Of a stretch of DNA of 64,000 nt, positions 39,857 to 51,827 are shown piece by piece (positions within the stretch are counted from its first letter, which is position 1; the number at the start of each line of letters is the position of its first letter). The translations under genes and the position numbers were made by a program. A model generated the notes under the pieces. It was not told the origin of the DNA. It saw only the letters and a list, made by a program, of their open reading frames with translations, and ran no database searches. The stretch lies in the NCBI GenBank assembly GCA_030770535.1, contig JASVEC010000021.1, forward strand, positions 186,001-250,000, in the 5' to 3' direction. This DNA is from Batkoa obscura. Taxonomy: Eukaryota.

Positions 39857-41640
39857 ATGAGGTCAAGTTTATTTAAACTTAATTCCAAGATAAGCAGTAT
39901 AGTTCAATTGAAGGTAAACGCACAGCATAGCTATAAATTGTAAAAATTGAATTATAAAAGAAATTTAGAATGTCAAGTCATAAGAGGGATCCAATATTAG
40001 ACAAGCAAAGTGCCACTTTATTAAGCGATAATCAGATCAACCAGTATTGGAAAGACTTAAATAGTGAACAATTTGAATCTGGAACGGTAGTTTATAATAC
40101 TAAAGAGCTAATTAATCTAATGAAGGTGGATCCGTTGTATATTTATAACCTATTAAACAAGTCAATGCAACCAAAGGAGGGCGACTTGTTACCTGGTTTT
40201 TATACAAAAGAGAGTTGTAAATTATATAAACTAATGAAAACGACTGAAAAAAAGAAATTTATCCAGTTACTCATTCAAGACTTTGATATCGATAATCAAA
40301 CTTTATTAAATGATATTAGAGAGTATATTAAGCTTGATTTAGATAGTAATGAGTTAAGAAAAAGGCAGCAGATTTTAAGGCAGGACCTTACCCCTAAATA
40401 TAACCAATTTTTTGACCATGTGCTTCAGCTACCTAATGGGCTGAGATTTTTGATTGATATGAGGGAAGATGTTATTGAATTCTTAAAGTTAGAAAAGGAT
40501 CAAAATTTAGTTCATTTTAATCAAGAGTTAAAGCTGAAATTACAATCCAATTTATTAAACTTTTTAAATTTGGAGAGAATATCTTGGAATTCTTCCGCCT
40601 CCACTTTAGAAAAAGTTATATCTTATGAAAGAGTTCACCCCTTTACTGATTGGAATGACCTTAAACAGTAAGCTTTAATCATAGCTTAAAACAACTAATA
40701 ATCTTCATTTTTTTAAATTATTCCCTATTTTTAGGAGAGTGGGTCCAGGTAGACGCTGTTTTGGGTTTTTTCATAAGGCCATGGCTAATGATCCATTAGT
40801 ATATATTCAAGTGGCATTGGTAAAAGAGATAAGTAATAATGTACAAAGTATCTTAAATGATAAGCCATATGAAGACCCTTCTCCTGAAAATATAGAATCA
40901 GCAATCTTTTATTCTATTAATTCACAGATAGGTATTTCATATAATACAAGTTTACTTCATAATAGATGATATTTAAAATTAGGATTATCGGGAGTTGATT
41001 TAGGTTCTTTCCTTATTAAAAGGGTAGTTAAAGAATTAAAGGTTGAGTTTCCAATGTTGAAAAATTTCTGTACCCTTTCTCCACTGCCAAGTTTTAGGAC
41101 TTGGGTCATTCGTAATTTAGCAGAGAAAAATTCATTACTTCCTAATGAAATAAAAAACCTGAAAAACTATTCCTCTAATGGAGATGCCTATCAGGTATTA
41201 AATACGCTTGTTAGTACCCATGAATGGGTAAGATATCCGGAAAGGGTTGATTTATTAGAGCCTATTTTGATGAGGTTGGCACTTAACTATATCTTACAAA
41301 GCAAACGAGGAATTCATGCTGTAGGGAAAGTAGCTAATTTTCATCTTAGAAACGGGGCATGTGTTCATCGTATTAACTGGTTGGCTAATACATCAGGTAT
41401 CTCATTTTTTAATCAATATATATTTTATTTAATTTTTATTTAGAAAAAGGGTTAAATGAATCGTTTGGAATAATGATAAATTATAACTACATTTTGAAAT
41501 ATATTGAAGAAAACAACCGAATTTACTTAAAAAATGGAACCATCCCAATATCTGGTAACAAAGATGATATCTATTTTAAAGAATATTTTGAACATCAACA
41601 GTATCCCTATCTATTTAGGAATATTTCGAGTAAATTATAA
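39857..41640 (+). CDS. MLYCD: Malonyl-CoA decarboxylase, multi-exon
   Basis: LERISWNS, YERVHP..W.DLK.R, RRCFGFFH, AIFYSINS, GLSGVDLG, FCTLSP, VANFHLRNGA, GIMINY; ends in SKL*. Confidence 0.92.
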
Positions 41641-41723
41641 ATAAATGGATAAACATGACTTTAAATTTTACAAGTTTACTTCTTGCTAACTTTATTAAAC
41701 TATTTCCTTCTACTTTTTTATTT

Positions 41724-42512
41724 TTAAGCTTTGGCTTTTGCCTCCCTTCTTTTAATAATATCCCAGTTATAAACTCTAGCAGTATCTTTTGAACAATATT
41801 AATTGAAGTAAATTAAAATTAAAATTAAAACTTACTGACTTCCATGGTAGTAATTTGTTCTCTTAAAAACTCCAAGTCTTGAGTTGCATTGTCCTTTGAA
41901 CGCGTAGCTAGCTCAAGTTTGGCTTTTAATAAACTATGCGCCTCCTCTAAATTGTATTCTACCATAACATTGGCCTAAAAAGATTAAATATATATTCATT
42001 ATTCAACGAATTGACATTTACTCCTAACCACAAATAGATAGAATTAGTGGGCTCAATTGTAGCTTTAGCATATAGTGTATCATTTAATTCATAATTAACG
42101 TTAATTTTATCATCTGATTCCTAAATTTAAACTTTAATTTTGACTTACAAATAAAAACATTCAATTACTTGTTTTCCAATAAGATAATTAACCATATCAA
42201 ACGACTTTTGTATTTCTGGAATCTTTGAATCTAACCCTTGTTTACGCTGCAGCATATTTGCTTCCATAAAACGATACTTACTAGCAAACTTATCAATATA
42301 TCAAAATATAAACTCTGTTTTTCCAATACCTTATAGCTTCTGAAAACTCTCTAAGTACTTTGTCTGCATTCCTACCCTCAACGGACATATAGTCTTCTAC
42401 TTCTTCCTAATTAAGTTGGTTAAAAATATAGCAATTCTTTTTTAGTTGTTTTGGTTACCACAAAGGGTGCTTTTGGAATTCCTCTTGCATTTGTCTCTAC
42501 TTTTTGATCCAT
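41724..42512 (-). CDS. PFDN3: Prefoldin subunit 3 (VBP1/Pac10), multi-exon
   Basis: NARGIPKAPFV, KYRFME, KIPEIQK, YELNDTLYAKA, LWLG|ANVMVEY, DLEFLREQITTMEVNTARVYNWD. Confidence 0.92.
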
Positions 42513-42656
42513 TTTTTTAAAAAAGTTGCTTTTACTTTATTGTTTTTGAATTTCACTAAATATTAACTTTGTATTTTGATTGGCAGATTCGATAAATGTT
42601 CGATAGTAGTAATTATATTTTTAAAATCTCAAAATTTAGCTTCATCTAAATTGTAT

Positions 42657-42755
42657 GGAGATGTATTTTTTGAGAATTTTACTCATAGAGATAGCCTCTC
42701 CCCACTCAAGTAGTGCTTAAAAGTGAAAAAAGTGACAAAGCCAAAAAACACTCTC
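42657..42755. mobile_element. MITE copy (orientation A)
   Basis: GGAGATGT...ACACTCTC-ATAT; shares diagnostic variants with the 43239 copy. Confidence 0.8.
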
Positions 42756-42878
42756 ATATAGTCCTTTTAAAAAAATACCTTATTGTTATTTCAGTTGTAT
42801 ATATTCTAAAAGATAGTTAATGTTACTATTGCATTGATAATCCTGGTAAGTTATTTTTATCATATTCTTAGATTAAAT

Positions 42879-42977
42879 GGGAATGTTTTTTTTGGCTTCA
42901 TCACTTTTTCTATCTTTTAAACACTATTTGAGTGGAAATTTTATTAGTAAAATTCTTAAACCTAAAAATACATCCCC
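42879..42977. mobile_element. MITE full copy with AAAT target-site duplication (orientation B)
   Basis: AAAT-GGGAATGT...ACATCCCC-AAAT. Confidence 0.9.
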
Positions 42978-43238
42978 AAATGTTAAATTGAAAATAAAAT
43001 TCTACATGAAATTAGCAATTATTTTTTCAATAGTAGTATTTTCTAAAAAGTTTATATTGATTGATAAACAAAATATACAATTATTGGTAATCATTTAGGC
43101 CTTTTTTCTTTGAACAACCAATTACTTTAATTTTTTATAAATGTTTCTTAACTAAATTTTGGTGCGATACATATAGTTAATTACCAATTGTTAATAATTA
43201 TTGTTAAAAAACATTTACCATTTATTTAAATAATATAT

Positions 43239-43335
43239 GGGGGTGTTTTTTTGGCTTTGTTACTTTTTCCACTTTTAAGCACTACTTGAGTGAGAAAGCT
43301 GTTAGTAAAATTCTTAAACACAAAAATACATCCCC
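43239..43335. mobile_element. MITE full copy (orientation B)
   Basis: ATAT-GGGGGTGT...ACATCCCC-ATGT. Confidence 0.85.
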
Positions 43336-44492
43336 ATGTGTATAACGTTGTAAATTGTTTAGTGGCTATACCTTTAAGCTTAAATTTGAATAGCATGCTT
43401 TTAGTTATTTTTTTGTTGTTCTATCTTAGTAATCTTGAATTAAGTATTGTCTTTCAGGCTTTTTTATTATAAGGTTACTTATTAATTGTAGAATTTTAAA
43501 AAAAATCAAATAGTCAAATGATGCAAAAATATAGTATAATATAGATCTTTTTATTCTTTTATGAGTATGAAAACATTATAAAATTGAATTGACTTTGAAT
43601 TTTTCAAAAATTAGCTCCTGGAGTAGTTTTAAACATTATTTTATTACCAAGTCATTTGACCTTCGAAAAATATCAAATTATATATGATAATAGCCCTTGA
43701 GAAACACTTTTTTAGTAATGTTTTTTTGGATTTTTATGTATAAAAATTTTGATATAATTAAAAGAATATGGATTTTTTAAACCTTCACTAAAAAATCCCT
43801 ACTTTTTTGTTTTTGAAAATGTTTCAGATAGCTTTTTTTAATATTAAACTAAAATTTTTTGATAATTAATAGCTTAATTATATATCTTTAAACATAAGCT
43901 TCCTTTTCATATATATTCAGCTTTGTATAATAAAATAAGAGGGTATCTAAAGAGTTCCTAATAATTTTTCAAGTAGTTAACGAAACTATAAAATTTAATA
44001 ATATCGTAATTTAATATCATTTTGTCATATTGTCATATTTCATAAAGTTCTGTTAAGTAATTAAAAAATCATTAAATTATTATAGAATTTTTAGGCAACT
44101 TTATATCTAAAAATTTTAACTTAGTTATACTTAATTTTTAATGACAAGGTTTAAACATTTTATTGACTTTGTATCAAATTTAAATAATAAACTATACATA
44201 TAAACAATGGTAAAAGTATATAAAGCAAGGTTTATTTATTTTTAACTAATTTACTTAAAGCATTACTCTAAGTTTTTCAAAAAAAAAGGAATCAAGCATA
44301 CTTTAAATGAGAATTGTTCTTAAGCATTATACTCATATTGATGTTTATTAATTATATATGACTTGTTACTCAAAGGCAGCTAATTAATATATATAGTTTT
44401 GAACTTTAGAGGAACCAAGAACCTAAAGAACTATATTTATATTGATAGATCTTACATTAAGCGATTATTATATTTTTTTAAATTCATTTAGT

Positions 44493-44708
44493 ATGAAATT
44501 TATAAACTCATCGCTTATTTTAGTTGTCTATGGCTTTTTAGTAAATGCCAAAAGCTGCAGCTCGGATGACGGCTATATTCTTCCAGGACCCGGTCAGTCT
44601 TTAGAGAGAAGTATAGGAAAGACAACGTTCAAGGACATCGAAGATATATCTGAATCGTTTTTTAGAAGGTCATATTATGAAATAACTGATCCAAAAGAAA
44701 GCAGTTAA
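44493..44708 (+). CDS. Small putative secreted protein, possibly frameshifted
   Basis: Signal-peptide-like MKFINSSLILVVYGFLVNA, dibasic RR site; protein-like charged text continues in another frame to about 44797. Confidence 0.4.
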   Translation: MKFINSSLILVVYGFLVNAKSCSSDDGYILPGPGQSLERSIGKTTFKDIEDISESFFRRSYYEITDPKESS

Positions 44709-45058
44709 GAGTACATACCAAATATAAAAAAGTCAAGGACGAGGATCATGCTAAAGATAAAGATAAAAGAGATAGTGCATCTATAACAAATAAATAATAG
44801 AAATTCATCCATACTAAACTCAATAGTTTTAGAACTATTAGTTGAATTATTTTATTAAAACTAAATTTACTTATTATGTTTAAAAGTCTAGAAATCATAT
44901 GGTTGTATTTATTAAATTTATCTTTACTTTTTTTTTGTTATACGTGAGATTTATATGTGTAGGGTTTTAAAAACTTCAAATACTTTTTGTTCAATTTATT
45001 TCTATTGCCCAAAAGCTTACTATAAGTACTAATCTACCATAACTAATTTATAATATAT

Positions 45059-45155
45059 GGAAATATATTTTTTTATTTGAGAATTTTACTAACAATCTTT
45101 CCACTCAAATAGCGCTTAAAAGATGAAAAAAGTAATGAAGCCAAAAAACACCCCA
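45059..45155. mobile_element. MITE copy (orientation A)
   Basis: ATAT-GGAAAT...AAAAACACCCCA-ATAT with family core. Confidence 0.85.
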
Positions 45156-45209
45156 ATATATTGAAAAAGTACACTAAATTTTTGATCGAAAAAATAAAAC
45201 ATTTTGTTT

Positions 45210-45703
45210 AACCTTATTTGAAATCTCACAGGAGGAATTATAGGTTGTGCTGACATATTTATTGGAGTATACTTTCATAATAATCTCGTAGTGTTCTTTG
45301 TCTTGAGAATAGACACTTATATGATCACCATTAAAAGACCAAGATTTGTTAGTGATTTCAGTACGTCCATTGTGAACTTCTTCATTTGGTAGGCTTAACT
45401 ATCTAACTCCTTTAAGTAAACTTTGGTCTCGATATCACGGTCATTTACTGTAATATAAACACAAACTTCAAGTTCATCCCCATTTAAGCCAATAGCTTTT
45501 GATTCGAAAAAGCAGTTTCAACTATGGTCGTGGCAATTGATCGTTCTTCTATCACGAAGAATATTGTTTCCTTCGATATGAATTTCATCCCAGTATGTCT
45601 GACTAACCTTAGAAATAACTCCACTATTATAATTATATACCCCTACTTCCTCTCCAAGAGAAGATTTAGCTCCATCAACAATCCAGTAATGTGTAAGCTT
45701 ACT
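45210..45703 (-). pseudogene. Pseudogene of the secreted 3D-domain family
   Basis: Translates as KLTHYWIVD..LGEEV..YWDEIHIEG..LRD..INC...*NCFF..GDEL..VND..LPN..HNG..KSWSFNGDHISVY; in-frame TGA at 45518-45520, frameshifts near 45395 and 45260, no signal-peptide region. Confidence 0.85.
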
Positions 45704-45770
45704 TGCTAGACTTTCAAGATAAGTGTCTGTAGATCCATTTATTGACGGGGTTGCCCTACGGGAAACATAT

Positions 45771-45864
45771 GTGAATGTTTTTTTGATTTCACTACTTCAT
45801 TTTTTAGGCGTTATTTGAGTGGAAAGATTATTAGTAAAGTTCTTAAACAAAAAAACACATCCTC
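45771..45864. mobile_element. MITE copy (orientation B)
   Basis: ATAT-GTGAATGT...ACATCCTC with family core. Confidence 0.8.
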
Positions 45865-46590
45865 GTATTGTTTTATAACGTTTTTATTATGTTCCTGAAT
45901 TCTATGAAAAATCAAACAAATATATTCTATTTTGACTAAATAGAAAATTTTATTTTTTGAAATTTATCCTTTGCCTATATTTTACATGTAGAATATTCTA
46001 ATATAGGTGCTAACAAATTGTTTTGTTCTATTAAAAAAGTGATATTGTTTATTAGTTTTAATAAAAGCTGCTTAATAGGTAAAATCGAAACATTTTACAA
46101 AGGTTGTAGTAGCTCAAATTAATTTAAGTTAAATAAGCAAAGTAATTTATTGTGCTTTATTAATACTATCTTATAGTAGCATCAACTAGTTTACTTATCA
46201 TTTTAATTATAGCTATTATCTCTGGTTAAAATTGAACGTTACCAAACTTTATAGATTTTAAAAACTATTATATTAGCTCTAAATTAATACTAATAGAAAT
46301 ATTTTCTATGGCATTTAATATTGATACTTCTGCATTCGCAAAGTTTACCCCTAAAGCCCCAGTATTTTCACTAAATACTTTTGAACTGCCAAATAATAGA
46401 AACTATGTATATTGCAGTTAACTCTTTTATATGAAAATCTTCTAACAAGTATGACTTCAAAGCTATATGCAATAGTTAAGTAGCTTCAAATAGAAAAATG
46501 ATCTTATAGAAAAATGTTTATTACTTTGTTGTGTATAGCAATACATATATCGTAATTTCATTAATGTACTTTATTTAATACTTTAATACT

Positions 46591-47199
46591 TTAGTACTTT
46601 AATACATTACAATTGGATTCAAATTGTACACTAACTTTTTCAGCATCAAAAGTTTCTTGAATTTTCTCGTAATTCTTCTCATCTTGGACATATAGGTCAA
46701 CATGATCACCTCCAAAAGACCAAGATTTATCAATAATTTTGAAGCATCCATTATGTTTCTTACCGTTTGGTAGTTTAAAATTAGAAAAGTCATTAATGAA
46801 TACTTTAGAGCCAATTTTGTGATCATTGACTGCTAAAGATGTATAAATCTGTAGTTCATCTCCATTGCTTCCAACTGGCTTGCTTTTAGTAAAACAGCTG
46901 CAATCATCGTTTCCGCAGTTAATATATGTACCATCTCTTAACCTTCCACTTCCTTCCATATGAACCTGGTCCCAATATTTACGCGATACTCTTGCTAGAA
47001 CCCCTCCGTTACAATTTTTGATAGCAACTTCACTGCCTAATGGATAAGAGTTTTCATCTGCGACCCAGTAATATGTAAGCTTTACAGTTTGTGCCTTAAT
47101 AGCAGCCTTTAATTCAACATTTTCAGGTAAAGTAGAGGATAAAGCTGGAGCAATAAACAATCCAGTGAGAGCTAAGTTGTAGAAATACACAAGTTTCAT
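46591..47199 (-). CDS. Secreted 3D-domain (MltA/double-psi beta-barrel-like) protein, short form
   Basis: Intronless, signal peptide, KLTYYW, MEGSG, AVND..IGSKVFI, D-x8-HVDLYV resembling the 3D motif DTGGAIKG.HIDLF. Confidence 0.7.
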   Translation of the reverse strand: MKLVYFYNLALTGLFIAPALSSTLPENVELKAAIKAQTVKLTYYWVADENSYPLGSEVAIKNCNGGVLARVSRKYWDQVHMEGSGRLRDGTYINCGNDDCSCFTKSKPVGSNGDELQIYTSLAVNDHKIGSKVFINDFSNFKLPNGKKHNGCFKIIDKSWSFGGDHVDLYVQDEKNYEKIQETFDAEKVSVQFESNCNVLKY

Positions 47200-49149
47200 A
47201 TCAAAAATTATTAAATTACTAAAGTAACTTATAATCAGTAGTTGAGAATTTAGAGCCCTTTTATACTACTTTTTTGAAATTTATTTTTTTATACATCATC
47301 ATAGGCTTCCTTTTTTGACTTTATTTTTTACTGTTGCTTACACTAAAGTAAATAAACCATTCAAAGAAAAATCACACAGATATTTAAACATGTTCTCATA
47401 AACTTGATCAAAAAATGCTATCTTCCTAGAGATTTTTTACATCATAAAACAGTGCTTATTGTTTTAAAGGATTTAAATACTATTTTAAGAATGGTTTTGT
47501 TGCTCTTGTGCCTGTACCTATAAGCCAGTTTGACAATTATGTGATAGTAATTGATCATGTGTTTATCTTTTCATCTTATTGGAATTTATATATAAGCTTA
47601 TTGTTAGTCTTTCGCCCAGTACAATTTAAGAAAAATTATTTGCTTTTAAATAAAGATTTAGTACAGCAGTTCACTTTACTATATATAGTGGTGTTTAAAT
47701 ATTAATATTTTAGTACCTTTATCATTTATTATCATTGTATTCAAATAAATAGCAATAAAATTGAAGTATTTCGGATAAATATTAAAAATGGAAGCATATA
47801 TCTAAATAAATCTTTATACATTTTTTTTAAAGAAATTAATTAATTAAAATACATCATTTGTACATTAAACTTGTTTGTTTTGAGATGATGTTTCTTATTT
47901 TAAAATGCTTATTTCTTTTTTAAGGTTTCTTTAAGTTGTTATTTACATTAACTTATTTCTAGCATTATAAAAAATGCAGGATACTTTCAAACATTAAAGC
48001 AATTCGTTACCTCATGTTATAACCTTGGAGTTAGAAATAAGCCAAAATCTCTTAAAATCTAGTAAAAACCTTATAACTATTAAAAGAAGTATAAATGACA
48101 ACAATTTGAAATAACAAAGAAAACCAGAGTTAACAAATCAAAGAATAAACTAGTAAATCCTAGTATAGTAACATAAACTTTGTGTCTTCTATAACCTTCG
48201 CTCTCATCTAACACAATTAGAAGACCACTTGCCTCTTTGGCCGGACGAGCCTCCTGCTGATAACAAAAACTATGTAGGAATAACCTATTCCATCTTCCTG
48301 CTCATCTCCTCATCACATACCGAACTTATCAGTCAGTTAAACTCAGTGATCCCTATCAACCTCTACTCTGGTTTGTTGAACCTTGTATTGTCTGAACTCA
48401 GATTCTCTATTACTTGGATCACACACAAAAAAATCAATACGGTCAAATTTCTGGTATCTTAACTTTATGGTTGGTTTCAATTGCTCTATAATTGGCCCCT
48501 TCACTGATTTCTGTGAGGTCTACTCGTTATTTGATCTTGTTACGCCCTAATATCTTATACCTGACCTCCCTTTATTAAAATAATGAAATTTAAAGCCTTT
48601 TGGTCTCTATATTTAAAAAAATACACTTGGCAAAGGCTTTTAAAGCTATATAGGTATTTTCTCAAGAATCTCATAACTTATAGTTATATAAAAATTAAGT
48701 TTCAAAATAATAAGTTTTATAAATTCTAAGAGCATATTAATTTAGAATTAATATACAGTTAAACTTATACTTAAACGAATATATTGTAATTCATAACATA
48801 GATATATCATTTTTAAATGTAATAAATTTATAACTAAATAGCCTCAATCTTTTAAATTTTGATTTTTATTATTTAGAAAATTCTAAAGTGATTGACTATC
48901 CCTTAATTTGGTAATGAAATTTAATTTATTAAATTCATGTTTGGCTCATTACCTTGAGAAAATTCATTGATTAAAATATAAAAGGTAAATATCTATTAAA
49001 AAAGGGAAGGCAATAAAATGATAAAAATAAATAAAGGAATATACAAAAAAATCAGGTTAGAACAAAACAAATATAAAAAGGTATAAATAGACATAACTTG
49101 AATAGATAACATTATCAATTATTTACTTTAACTCTTTCAATACTTTACT

Positions 49150-49950
49150 ATGAAATTTGGACAATTTCTTTATAGCTTAGCTCTTACTGGTTTATTTGTT
49201 GCTCCAGCTCTTGCAGCTACTTTACCAAATGATAATCAACATTCATTAAGCAAGGCCCATAATGCTGACTCTCCAATCATCTATCGTAGATCGATGGGTG
49301 GTGAGGATGAAGAGGAAAATGAAGAAAAAAGCATCAAAAAACCAAAATCCAAAAAAAAGAAGGGCAAGAAAGAATCAGAAGAATCAGAGGACTCTGAGAA
49401 TGAATCTGATGAAGTTGAGATAAATGCTGTTAAAGGCAGCGGTAAAGGACAAACCGTAAAGCTTACTTATTATTGGGTTACCAATGAAAAAGATTATAAG
49501 TTAGGCAGTGAAGTCGCTATCAAGAATTGTGATGGAGGTGTGTTAGCAAGAGTATCACGAGAATATTGGGATCAAGTTCATATGGAAGGAAGTGGAAAAT
49601 TAAGGGATGGCACATATATCAATTGCGGAGATGGTGGGTGTAATTGTTTCTTTAAAAGTAAACCAGTTGGAAGTAAAGGGGATCTATTGGAGATTTACTC
49701 ATCTGTAGCAGTTAATGATCATAAAGTCGGTTCCAATGTGTTTATTAGTGAATTTGCTAATTTAGTATTGCCAAATGGTAAGAAACATAACGGATGTTTT
49801 AAAATCATTGATAAATCTTGGTCTTTTGGAGGCGATCATATTGATGTATATGTTGAAGACAAAAAGAATTACGAAAAGATTCAAAGCAAACTTTCTACTG
49901 AAAAGGCCAAAGCACAGTTTAATGCTAGTTGTAAAGTATTAAAGTATTAA
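49150..49950 (+). CDS. Secreted 3D-domain protein, long form (signal peptide, Kex2-like RR, E/K/S-rich linker)
   Basis: Intronless 266 aa, clear paralogue of 46591-47199. Confidence 0.75.
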   Translation: MKFGQFLYSLALTGLFVAPALAATLPNDNQHSLSKAHNADSPIIYRRSMGGEDEEENEEKSIKKPKSKKKKGKKESEESEDSENESDEVEINAVKGSGKGQTVKLTYYWVTNEKDYKLGSEVAIKNCDGGVLARVSREYWDQVHMEGSGKLRDGTYINCGDGGCNCFFKSKPVGSKGDLLEIYSSVAVNDHKVGSNVFISEFANLVLPNGKKHNGCFKIIDKSWSFGGDHIDVYVEDKKNYEKIQSKLSTEKAKAQFNASCKVLKY

Positions 49951-50053
49951 AGTATTAAATATAGTTTTTTAATAATCTTATAATATATATATTGACTATA
50001 TATAATAAAATAATTATAATGATATTAAAATTTATTTTTATTTATGATTTTGT

Positions 50054-51827
50054 TTAGAAATCTTTCATGTTTATATTTAAATTATTAATATGTGGAGCCA
50101 TTAAAACAACAAATCTAGGTGATAAAACTAGATCTTTATCGCTCAATTCCATTGGAAAATGTTTTAATAAGTGATATATAATTAAATAAAGTTCCATCAT
50201 TGCCAAACTAAAAAATATTAATTAATATTATAATTATTGCAAACTATGATGTATTTACTTTTTGCCAATACAAACTCTTGGACCTTTCAAGAAAGGTAAA
50301 AAATTGGGATTGTTACATTCAAATTCATTATTAACTAACCACCTTTCAGGTAAAAATTCATTGCTATTTTCCCACTTTGAACTTAAATTATGCAATGAAT
50401 AAATATTACAGCCAATTATTGTCTACAATAAATAATATTAATAAAAATAGTAAATAAAAATAATAAATATTTACTCCTTTGGGTAGATATATGTTATTTA
50501 TATGTACATTATCATCATTAACTACTCTTTCAGGAACACCACCAGCAGCTGGATACAATCTCATTGATTCATAAATAACTGCAGATAAATAAGGATGATT
50601 TGTTTTGATTGAACTATAATTATTATTATCGTTTTCATTGTTGTTTATTTCTTGTTTTAATTTAGTGTATACTTTATCATTTTTTAATATTAAATAGAAT
50701 ATCCATATTAATGTATTTATAGTTGTACCGCTTCCTGCCATACTAAAGAACATATTAGTTATATTATTGTTATCTATTATAGAATAATTATTACATTTGA
50801 GTTAATGCTTCTGAAACAATATCTTGTTTACTAATTAAGCCATCTTGATTACACTTTATCATATAATTTAGTAAGCTATCTGAATTCTTATTGCTATTTA
50901 ATGAAATGTCAATAATTTCTGAAGCAGTCTATAATGATATTTAATTATTGTTATTATTGTTATAAGTTATAGTTATTACTTACTTTTAATAACAATTTTG
51001 ATTTAGTATCGTAGTATGGTTTAACAAAACTAGGTAGAATATTGGAAATCATTAATTTATTATGATTTTCATTAATCAAGTTAATCAAGTAGTGATATTT
51101 TTCAGATTCAATTAAATTAAAATCACAGCCAAATGATAATTCATAAATAATATCTAAAGCAATAAGTTCAAGATACTTAATTAGATTGAGTTCGTTTTTA
51201 GAATCATTATTTTGTATTTTTGTTATTATTTTTGCTATTTTTTTATCAACTATTTCTTCCATATGTTTCATTGAATGATTATTAAGGTATTTTAATAATA
51301 TTCTCTTCTATATTGTTATTACCATTGTTAGTATTTAGTTTAGTTTATGGAATATAAATATACTCTTTTTAAGTGGAATGCTTTATCACGGCAGTTAAAC
51401 ACTGTATTTCCTAATGGATCAAATACTGCATACAATTCGCTTTTGCTAAATTTATAGTTTTTATAAATTTCGTTGACGTCTTTCTCGTCACTAAACAATA
51501 CCATATTCCATCCTATTATAATAAGTATTAGTTATTATATTAGTTATTATATTGCTACTATATTACCTATTCTGATAACAGGACCATACAACTCATGATA
51601 TTGATTGACTATAAATGGCATAACTCCCAAAACCCTTAATATAAAAAAGTAACCAGGAAATAGGACTGAAATCAATGGTCCAGGTATATCTTTCAATTTA
51701 CTGAAAAATAATTGATAAACGATCTATAAAGGTAATTTTAATATCATCCTTATATTCTTATTATATACGATTATTTTACTTGTGAGATGTAATATAAGAA
51801 GAATGTTGTTAAAAGGTATAAAATCAT
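50054..51827 (-). CDS. Cytochrome P450 (8 exons), copy 1
   Basis: Mirror image of 58688-60461; IPGP, YGPVIRIG, ExxR (YESMRLYP), PERW, FLKGPRVCIG. Confidence 0.9.

Noticed and set aside
45518..45520. In-frame TGA aligned to Cys as possible selenocysteine
   Set aside because: The same copy has two frameshifts, no N-terminus and has lost the putative catalytic Asp; simple pseudogenisation explains it.
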